Origin: a virus
Direction: 5' to 3' (one strand)
IMG/VR virus record: IMGVR_UViG_3300022745_000025
Coordinates: 7,012 to 71,011 of that record
Length of the DNA stretch: 64,000 nucleotides
Shown here: piece by piece, positions 44,934-52,168 of the stretch
How positions within the stretch are numbered: position 1 is the first letter of the stretch
How the letters are laid out: each line of letters opens with the position of its first letter
Position numbers and translations under genes: made by a program
The notes under the pieces: model-generated
Databases searched by the model: none
The model's input: the letters and a program-made list of their open reading frames with translations, nothing else
What the model was told of the DNA's origin: nothing

Positions 44934-45613
44934 TGTGGCTCTCCGATGATGGAGTTGATGGTGTAGAGGGTGTCGTTGTCGAGGGTCATGTTCTCTCTGG
45001 CCCAACGTAGGTAGCTCTTGGGGACGGCCTCGATGGCCTCACCCCTGTGCTTACCAAAAGGCAGTGAGGCGATGCGCATGGGCCTCTGAGCGTGCCGGGC
45101 AAGCTCAGGCAGCGTCATGTTCATGCGCTCGGCGATGTGCTTGGCCAGGTGGTAGGCCCACATCACATCGTTAAGTACACGGTGAGCGCCCCCAAAGTGA
45201 CGGGGTAGGCCGAGGGCGTAGACGCAGGTGCTGAGCTTGTGGTCGTCCATGTCGGGGTACAGCTGCCTGACGTAGCGCAGGGTGTCCAACTCGAACACCT
45301 CGCCGTCGACGTAAGGTTCGAAAGCGGGGCGGTCGAACCCGATGCGGTGGCCGATCAAGGTCACCGGGCCTTGGAACCGCTTGCCGTGCACCTCGCCGAA
45401 GAACTCGTCCAGTGTGGGCGAATCCTTGACATCGTCGTAGGTCAGGCCGTGGATGCCCGACGCCGACGGGGAGATGGGCTGCTGTGGGTCAATCAGGCTC
45501 TCCACCTGATTGATGATGTTCCACTCCGAATCGATCTCGACCCAGCCAATTTCACATACGCCGCGGTCATCCTTGGCACTGGTTGTTTCGCTGTCTGCTA
45601 CCAGCCACTTCAT
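44930..45613 (-). CDS. DEDDh 3'-5' exonuclease (ExoX-like)
   Basis: DSETT, GHRIGFD, AHRVLND; C-terminal LPFGKHRGE domain. Confidence 0.85.
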   Translation of the reverse strand: MKWLVADSETTSAKDDRGVCEIGWVEIDSEWNIINQVESLIDPQQPISPSASGIHGLTYDDVKDSPTLDEFFGEVHGKRFQGPVTLIGHRIGFDRPAFEPYVDGEVFELDTLRYVRQLYPDMDDHKLSTCVYALGLPRHFGGAHRVLNDVMWAYHLAKHIAERMNMTLPELARHAQRPMRIASLPFGKHRGEAIEAVPKSYLRWARENMTLDNDTLYTINSIIGEPQ

Positions 45614-45786
45614 GCTGCCTCCCTTTGGCGCAGGAGCGCCATGAAGTAGATTGCGCTGGCCTGGGCCAGTGGTGCCACTTCCATGGCTGCCATCTCATCA
45701 ACGGTCATGAACTTGTCGGGGTTGGCGCGGAAATTGGTCTCCCAGTCCTCAAACGCCTGGACGAGCTTTTCGTGGGTGACGTTCAT
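45610..45786 (-). CDS. Hypothetical protein
   Basis: ATG overlapping ligase stop. Confidence 0.5.
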   Translation of the reverse strand: MNVTHEKLVQAFEDWETNFRANPDKFMTVDEMAAMEVAPLAQASAIYFMALLRQREAA

Positions 45787-46751
45787 GCTGGTTCTCCGAT
45801 GTCGATGGGGTCTCGCAGGCACTCAAATGTCGCCATCCGAGGTTGGTCAATGACGCCATACGCGAGGTGCTTGATCTTGGCGATGTGGCCGACGATCGTC
45901 TCTGGGTTCTCAAAGAACGCTTTGGCCTCTGCCGCCTTCATCCGCCCAGACCCAGCCGTGATCTCTTTGCCCTTCTCGAAAAGCAGGCGCCCTGTGATTG
46001 AGCACCTGACATCGTTCAGGACTTCCCCAACAATCGCTCCAACGCTGCCGTTGGCCACTTTGCCGGCCTTCGCGCTACTGCGTTCGGTCTTTCCGAGGGT
46101 GTTCTTCTTGGCCTCGTTAGTGTTGGTCTCTTCCTCGATCAGCTTCGTGACCCGGATCTCGAAATCACCCCAAGGCTTGAAGCGCATGAACTGCTGGCCT
46201 GACTTGGTGGGCCGCCCTTCCTTCACCTTCTCACGTGGGTTGCGGAAGACTGCGCCTTCGTACCCCTCCTCCAAGCAGTCAGCGGCAAACGCTCTGGCCT
46301 CGTCGGCGTTGAGGATCACAGTGAATGGCACAAGGCGAAGCCGATCGTTTTTCAGTTTGATGATCAGCTCTCGCAGGGTGGTGTACCTGACTGCGTACTC
46401 TTGGTCTTGTGTCTCTGGCGTCACAAGGTCGAACAGCCACCAGTACAGGTTTGGCGGTTCGGTGACGCCCTTGAACGCACCGACTGCGCCAGTTGTCTGT
46501 GCACACAGGCTTTCGCCGGGGGCTGCGACAGGGTTGACGCCGAGTGTCAGCTCTCCGTCGAAGCCTCTGTGAGCGAGGTAGCTGAAGAGTTCAGTGACAC
46601 CGAAGCCCTTGAACTCATCGAGGCTGCGGCCGACCAGCTTGTCGTTGGGCTGTAGGGCGCGGACTCCGTCGATTTTGGGCATACCCCAGACGGGGTAGGG
46701 GAGGGTGTCGAAGTTCGCGTCATCCGCGAGCTGTGGTTTGATGGTGCTCAT
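45783..46751 (-). CDS. ATP-dependent DNA ligase
   Basis: PKIDGVR, FDGEL, GYEGAVFR, RFKP. Confidence 0.9.
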   Translation of the reverse strand: MSTIKPQLADDANFDTLPYPVWGMPKIDGVRALQPNDKLVGRSLDEFKGFGVTELFSYLAHRGFDGELTLGVNPVAAPGESLCAQTTGAVGAFKGVTEPPNLYWWLFDLVTPETQDQEYAVRYTTLRELIIKLKNDRLRLVPFTVILNADEARAFAADCLEEGYEGAVFRNPREKVKEGRPTKSGQQFMRFKPWGDFEIRVTKLIEEETNTNEAKKNTLGKTERSSAKAGKVANGSVGAIVGEVLNDVRCSITGRLLFEKGKEITAGSGRMKAAEAKAFFENPETIVGHIAKIKHLAYGVIDQPRMATFECLRDPIDIGEPA

Positions 46752-46776
46752 GTTCTTGTTGTTCTGTTGAGCTGAA

Positions 46777-46799
46777 GAAAAGCGGCCGCTTGGGCCGCT
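46777..46799 (-). terminator. Intrinsic terminator
   Basis: Minus strand AGCGGCC-CAAGC-GGCCGCT followed by TTT. Confidence 0.6.
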
Positions 46800-46803
46800 G
46801 GGG

Positions 46804-47079
46804 TCAGGTGCACGCCTCGCAGGTTCCTTCGCCTGACAGGTCGCATGCTTTGCCTAGTGCGAAGTCATCGGACTGGGCGGCGTGGAAGGCGTCCAGCCGC
46901 TCAGTCAGGACGGCGACGTAGTCGGTCATGATCGCCTCCTGCCGGATCAGGCGCTGCCGTTCGGCACGCTCAACTTCGAGCCACTTGTCGGAGGCGATGA
47001 AGGTTCGGAGGCTGGAGAGTCGGGTCGAAAGCTGTTCGCGTTCGGCGACCATCCGCTCGATACGGGGATCAGTCAGCAT
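46804..47079 (-). CDS. Small coiled-coil protein with Cys-rich tail (crAss001_48-like)
   Basis: ERMVAEREQL..RL..L..FI...QEAIM..Y..VL.ER; tail ACDLSGEGTCEACT. Confidence 0.55.
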   Translation of the reverse strand: MLTDPRIERMVAEREQLSTRLSSLRTFIASDKWLEVERAERQRLIRQEAIMTDYVAVLTERLDAFHAAQSDDFALGKACDLSGEGTCEACT

Positions 47080-47599
47080 GGGTTGCTCCTGTTGTAGTTG
47101 TTCTAGGAACGGGTTGGAAAGTATGAAGCTCGCGCTTCGCTTTGAGATAAGCCTCGTGGGCTTCTTCTGGGGTGGGAAACAGACCGAGGTACAACTTGCG
47201 TCCTCGTGCGCTTATCTGGGATAACCACAAACCCCTGTCAGGGAGCCAAGTTGTACCTAGCAAACCTTTGGTACGAGTCTTCCGAGTCCCGAGGTTTTGT
47301 GAGTTTTCAGCACCAGAGCACGCCCTCAGGTTGGCCAGTGCGTTATCGGACCTGACCCCATTTGCGTGGTCAATCTGGTCTGTGGGCCATTCACCGTGTG
47401 AAAAGTACCAAGCCAACCGATGCGCATAGTAGGCTTTGTTGTTGATCTGGATAGTGATGTAACCCTGAGTGTTCAAGGTTCCAGCAATTGAGCCGACCCT
47501 GACTCGATTACTGGTTGACACCTTCCAGGTGAATACACCTGTTTCAGGGTCGTAATGCAGCATCTCCTGCAGAGGTCCTGCAGTCAGTGTTTCGCTCAT
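47069..47599 (-). CDS. HNH endonuclease with AP2 domain
   Basis: YDPETGVFTW, AHRLAW, IDHANG...NLR, YLGLFPTPEEAHEAY. Confidence 0.9.
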   Translation of the reverse strand: MSETLTAGPLQEMLHYDPETGVFTWKVSTSNRVRVGSIAGTLNTQGYITIQINNKAYYAHRLAWYFSHGEWPTDQIDHANGVRSDNALANLRACSGAENSQNLGTRKTRTKGLLGTTWLPDRGLWLSQISARGRKLYLGLFPTPEEAHEAYLKAKRELHTFQPVPRTTTTGATHAD

Positions 47600-47625
47600 G
47601 TTCTTGTTTTTCTGCGAGGAAACGG

Positions 47626-47652
47626 AAAAAGCCTACGGCCGAAGCCGTAGGC
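47626..47652 (-). terminator. Intrinsic terminator
   Basis: GCCTACGGC-TTCG-GCCGTAGGC-TTTTT on minus strand. Confidence 0.9.
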
Positions 47653-47686
47653 AAGGGTGCCCGGTTGTTACCGGGACTTGGCGGGA

Positions 47687-48502
47687 TTACAGCTTGTTGG
47701 GCAAGCTGGAAGCAAAGCTGAGCTTTGTCCATTTGTTACTATTTGCTGACACCACCTCGCGGATCACGAAGAACGTGAACGGGTCTTCCGGCACAGAGAA
47801 GCCGGGCAAGCCCATAGACGCACAGCGGGCCTGATCCTTCAGGTTCTGCTGGTACTTGCTGAACGACGGGATCGAGCTCTGAGACAGAGTGATCTGGATC
47901 ACGGTGCCGATGGGGCCATCACCAGAGTCGGTCGCCAGCAGGGCGCAAGCCAAGTCGACATAACGCTTGGAGTTGGCCTTCTCAAAGCCCTCGGTCTCAC
48001 GCAAGTAGGTGATGTACTCGGCAACAGATTTGCCGACCCACTTCTTCATCTCTTCGCCGATTACGGAGTCAATCACCTGACCGTCTTTGGAGTAGGCCAC
48101 GAAGTCCTTGGTGGACTTTTCTTGGGCTCCGGGGGTGATCTCGAAGTGGTCGTCCCAAGCCAGCAGGCGAACCTTGGCCCAGCGGCCCAGGCTTGCGTCC
48201 TCTTTGCCGGTCTGGCTGATCTCTCCGTTGGAGCCTTTGAACACAGAGTAGTTGCCGTAGCTGAAGTCAGCGGCTCCTTTCATCTCGTCCAGCTCGCGCT
48301 GGAAGGCTTTGGCTTGTGCGGCGATGTCGTTCACATTGCCAACGGCTGTGCTCTGACGCACGGCGGGTACGGCGGCGGGGGTTGGTGCCGCGGCTTCTTC
48401 GCGGGCATCATTCATTGCTTCGACTGTGGTGTCCATTGTCATTTCTGTGGCTTCTTGTACTTGTTCGAATTGTGGTTCTTGTGCAGGTTTACGCAGGGCC
48501 AT
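47687..48502 (-). CDS. Replication-module protein, possible ssDNA-binding protein
   Basis: Strong RBS, biased codons, own terminator, directly after primase-helicase. Confidence 0.4.
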   Translation of the reverse strand: MALRKPAQEPQFEQVQEATEMTMDTTVEAMNDAREEAAAPTPAAVPAVRQSTAVGNVNDIAAQAKAFQRELDEMKGAADFSYGNYSVFKGSNGEISQTGKEDASLGRWAKVRLLAWDDHFEITPGAQEKSTKDFVAYSKDGQVIDSVIGEEMKKWVGKSVAEYITYLRETEGFEKANSKRYVDLACALLATDSGDGPIGTVIQITLSQSSIPSFSKYQQNLKDQARCASMGLPGFSVPEDPFTFFVIREVVSANSNKWTKLSFASSLPNKL

Positions 48503-51500
48503 GTTGTTTCACTCCTAAAATTTCACTGTCATTTGCCGCCTGCTGATTCAGCAAGCGACCCTCTTCATCGAGTAACTTCGTTGCGAAGAACCCGAAGTCT
48601 TCTGCCATAAGATCCTCGAATCTATAACGGCAAATCACGGAGGTTCCGCCTCGCCGCAGTGGGCTAAACGGAGCCGCCTTTGAAACGCATGCGGGGATTT
48701 GCCGCATGGCGTTCAAGAAACCTTCCACGTTCTGGTAGTACGTCTGCTGGTGCCTTGCACGGGCCCAGCTTTGGTACTTCACGAACACGGATCGGATGTC
48801 TACGTCTACCATCAACGCTCCAGTGGAGTCGAAGTCGTAGCAGTATTCGAATCCCTCCCTGATGGCGTACTGCGATTCCGCCAGTTCGTTGTGAGAGATC
48901 CAAGTGACATCGGCCAACGCCTTGTAAATCTCCGCTTTCGGTGCTCCGGTACGCTTGATGGCGTCCTCGTTGAGCACTGTCTTGCAGAGCTGTGCAATGC
49001 GTTTGTCGAATTCTGTAACACCTACGGCATTTAGTGTTGCACGTAGGAATTTGAGGCCACAGATCACGATGGCCATGTTGGTCAGGGGTCGCTCGTTGAC
49101 CTTCAGATCAGGGCGATCCTCGAGCATCCGCCTGACTTCATCTTTGGCGTCCTTGTACAGCTTGGCGTAGTCGGCCATCGACCACCGCAGGGTGTTCCAC
49201 AGCAGCAAGGTGCCAAGCCGGCTGACCAAGATCCGAATCTTCTCCTCCTCCAGAACCGCCCACGTGTGGGGGTCCTGGTCGGCCGGCGTCATGGGGATGA
49301 GTACACATCGCTCCATGAACGCCGTCTCATCCAACAGCGTCTCGGTCATCGTCACGATGGGCGCTGACCGTTCCATCTGGGTGATGGTGCGGAAGTCAGA
49401 GGTGGAAGAACCATCCTTGATGCCGCCCATCATCATGGCGCCACTGTTGTAGGCCGTGCGGAACTCGCCGATCCAGCGGCTGTAGTCGAACTCCGACATC
49501 CCTGACCGCTTGAACTCGTCAATCAGGGCGGGTACGGAGGCCGAGGAGCTCAGCAGAACCCGTCGGGCATGCGCCGTCAGGGAGTTGCCCACCGCGCTTT
49601 GCACCTTGGGCTCCGCCTTCGCCCAGAACATCCGGGCCAACATCTTGGGTGTCGATGTCTTTCCGGAGCCGGCCGGCCCGTAGATCTGGAGGATCGGGAA
49701 CTGGCCGTGGATTCGGTGGTGAATCTGGCGGTGGAATGTTGAGACAAACCAACCGAGAGCGGAGGCCACGGTGTACTCGGACTTGCTGAAGCTCATCAAC
49801 GCGGTCAGCATCCTGTTGACGGCTGGGCCCTCACTTGGATCCAGCGGGTCGAGGTCGATGACGTCGGGGTCGTAGATGGAGCCGTTGCCCAGGTGAGGGC
49901 GGAACATGAATCGTTCATTGGGTCGTAGGGATTCCTTTGGGTTGTCGCTCACATCACGACCGAGAACCACACCACGAGGGGAGACGAACACAAGGATGCG
50001 CTCGGCGTTTTCGGGCTTGTCGGGGTCGGTGATGACGTCCACACCCTCACGGGTCAGGACGTAGGCGATGTTGTTGTCGCGGAGTGCTTGGTCTTTGAGT
50101 GCCATACGAACGCAAGTTGCTTGAATGTCGGTGCCTGTGAAACCTGATCCGTAGCCGGACAGGTACTTGTCGAGCGCCGCTCTGGAGCCGAAAGAATCCC
50201 CGAGGATCTCGTGGCGGCCGTAGTTGGTCAGGCGACCACCGCGATCTGCCACCAGAGTGGCCTGCAGGCCCACTTCCTTCTTGCTCTCCACACTCACCAG
50301 CGTCCAAGGCATCAGGAAGCCTGTGGCGCTGAGCCTTGTCGGAACATCGTCCTTGGTCTGGACGAAGATCCCGCGGTGGTTGACGATGACGCCGTTGTGC
50401 TCCCGGCGGTCGGCCATCTTCAAGGTCTGAACGACCTCGGAGCCAAGGGCAGCGTCCGCGAGTTCGAGGAGCTTCTTGGCGTCTTTGATGGAGCCGTCGG
50501 GGTTGAAGATCTCCGCACGGGCTTCGTCGCTGATGTTGGACGGCATCTCTGGCGTCGCCATCATCAACTCTCGCCCGGGGCGCAGCTCTTCAGGGTCAAA
50601 CCCCTCCTCAGCGATCGACTTCAGGGCGCCGAACGAGAAGATGTAGCAGGGGTTGTCGTGGGTGTAGTAGAACCGCTCCCTCAGCGCATCCCTGCGTTTT
50701 CGGGGTGAGTTGTACCGGCCGTCCGAGGCGTAGTCCTGGATGATGCCCTCACAGGCTTCCAGAAACTCCGACTCGCTCTTGCCCAAGGCATGCGCCAAGA
50801 TGGACAGCTGCAGGGAGACGTTGTTGAAGCCTGCCCCATCTTTCAGGTGCAGGCCGGCCATCATCAGCTTGACGCTGGTGGGCCACTCGCCGTTGAACCG
50901 GTTCAGGTCTTTGGTTTCATCCTTGGCCTTGGCGGTTCGCTTGCTTTCCTCCTCAACCAGAGCACGCTTCTCGAGGAAGAGTGCCTGCAGCTCGGCAGAA
51001 GGTCGGCTGGTGTCGGCTGGCACCAGTGGGCGCTGCTCCGACGTCAGCTCGTCGTACAGCTCCGGGGTCATTGTCATGGCCTCGGCGTACGAGATTTGGA
51101 CCTTGTAGTGGCCGTTCTCCCTCTTGATGTTGGGCACCCTCCAGTGCCTGCCTTTGCGAGCGGAGTAGACCTTCATGTCGAGGGATCGGGTGACCCACTC
51201 GAGCACCATGTGCCGATAGACGTACGGCAGCAGGGTGACGCCTGTTTTGATGGCGTTCGCCGGGGCGAACACTTCCATCGGGATCTCGAGGTGGAAGCCC
51301 TTGCCGCCAGTGGCGTAGAGGCACATGGCGGTTGGATCCACCCTGTACTCATCGACCAACTTGGTCAAGGTTTCCTTGAAGTCGTTGATGACAGAGGGCA
51401 GCTCTTCTGCCTTGCCATCCCAGTCCATGTACAGCGGGCCGCTGTACTTCATGGCCAGATACTTCTCTCGAGTCCAGTCCTCTTGAGGGACTGCCTTTGC

Positions 51501-51617
51501 GTCCAGCACTGTGACCAGCACTGGGTGGAGAGAGGAGATGACGGATTGACGCTGCTCAGATGGAGCGAGCGTCCACTTCTCCTTCCCTCCGGTAAGTTGA
51601 TACCAGAAGAAACTCAC
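48489..51617 (-). CDS. AEP primase-polymerase fused to P-loop helicase
   Basis: YMDWD, ATGGKGFHL, WRVPN AEP motifs; GPAGSGKT Walker A; LIDEFK Walker B. Confidence 0.8.
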   Translation of the reverse strand: MSFFWYQLTGGKEKWTLAPSEQRQSVISSLHPVLVTVLDAKAVPQEDWTREKYLAMKYSGPLYMDWDGKAEELPSVINDFKETLTKLVDEYRVDPTAMCLYATGGKGFHLEIPMEVFAPANAIKTGVTLLPYVYRHMVLEWVTRSLDMKVYSARKGRHWRVPNIKRENGHYKVQISYAEAMTMTPELYDELTSEQRPLVPADTSRPSAELQALFLEKRALVEEESKRTAKAKDETKDLNRFNGEWPTSVKLMMAGLHLKDGAGFNNVSLQLSILAHALGKSESEFLEACEGIIQDYASDGRYNSPRKRRDALRERFYYTHDNPCYIFSFGALKSIAEEGFDPEELRPGRELMMATPEMPSNISDEARAEIFNPDGSIKDAKKLLELADAALGSEVVQTLKMADRREHNGVIVNHRGIFVQTKDDVPTRLSATGFLMPWTLVSVESKKEVGLQATLVADRGGRLTNYGRHEILGDSFGSRAALDKYLSGYGSGFTGTDIQATCVRMALKDQALRDNNIAYVLTREGVDVITDPDKPENAERILVFVSPRGVVLGRDVSDNPKESLRPNERFMFRPHLGNGSIYDPDVIDLDPLDPSEGPAVNRMLTALMSFSKSEYTVASALGWFVSTFHRQIHHRIHGQFPILQIYGPAGSGKTSTPKMLARMFWAKAEPKVQSAVGNSLTAHARRVLLSSSASVPALIDEFKRSGMSEFDYSRWIGEFRTAYNSGAMMMGGIKDGSSTSDFRTITQMERSAPIVTMTETLLDETAFMERCVLIPMTPADQDPHTWAVLEEEKIRILVSRLGTLLLWNTLRWSMADYAKLYKDAKDEVRRMLEDRPDLKVNERPLTNMAIVICGLKFLRATLNAVGVTEFDKRIAQLCKTVLNEDAIKRTGAPKAEIYKALADVTWISHNELAESQYAIREGFEYCYDFDSTGALMVDVDIRSVFVKYQSWARARHQQTYYQNVEGFLNAMRQIPACVSKAAPFSPLRRGGTSVICRYRFEDLMAEDFGFFATKLLDEEGRLLNQQAANDSEILGVKQHGPA

Positions 51618-51667
51618 GAAGCCCTCGTTGTAGTTGTAGTTTTCGGGCGGAAAGCGGGGTCAGAACA

Positions 51668-52168
51668 TCAGAATCGAACTTCGTCAGCCATCTCCGGGTA
51701 GTTGTCCAGAAAGCGTTTGAGGGTCAAACAATATGTGTGACCCTCAATCTGCTGGATGTCCCGGCTCTGAGACTTGATCAAAACTGCGTAATGAGCGCGG
51801 AACTCTAGTTCTCCTTTGATCTCCTGTCCAGCCCATCGGAATTCGAAGTGCTGCGGGAGGGACAAGAAGATCTCCCGGTCGGCCAGGCGACTCGGTATGG
51901 GTGAGATGAGTTGAGTCCGGTTGCGATAAACAACGCGGGCGGTTGGCACCTCTTTCAGGCCAAACGCGAACTCTCCGAAGTGGATGATCTCCGGCTTATA
52001 GGGTTTACCCTTATGGATCTCGTAGACCACCATCTTCCTGCTGGGGAAGGCAGGTTCCATCGCCATCCATTTGAAGGTTTGGAACTGAACTCGATCTCGC
52101 TGGGGCATCAACTCCACCAGCTCGTTGAAACTCTGTTTATCGTCAAGGTGACGTCGATCACTCGCCAT
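51668..52168 (-). CDS. Hypothetical protein
   Basis: Coupled ORF after helicase. Confidence 0.55.
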   Translation of the reverse strand: MASDRRHLDDKQSFNELVELMPQRDRVQFQTFKWMAMEPAFPSRKMVVYEIHKGKPYKPEIIHFGEFAFGLKEVPTARVVYRNRTQLISPIPSRLADREIFLSLPQHFEFRWAGQEIKGELEFRAHYAVLIKSQSRDIQQIEGHTYCLTLKRFLDNYPEMADEVRF

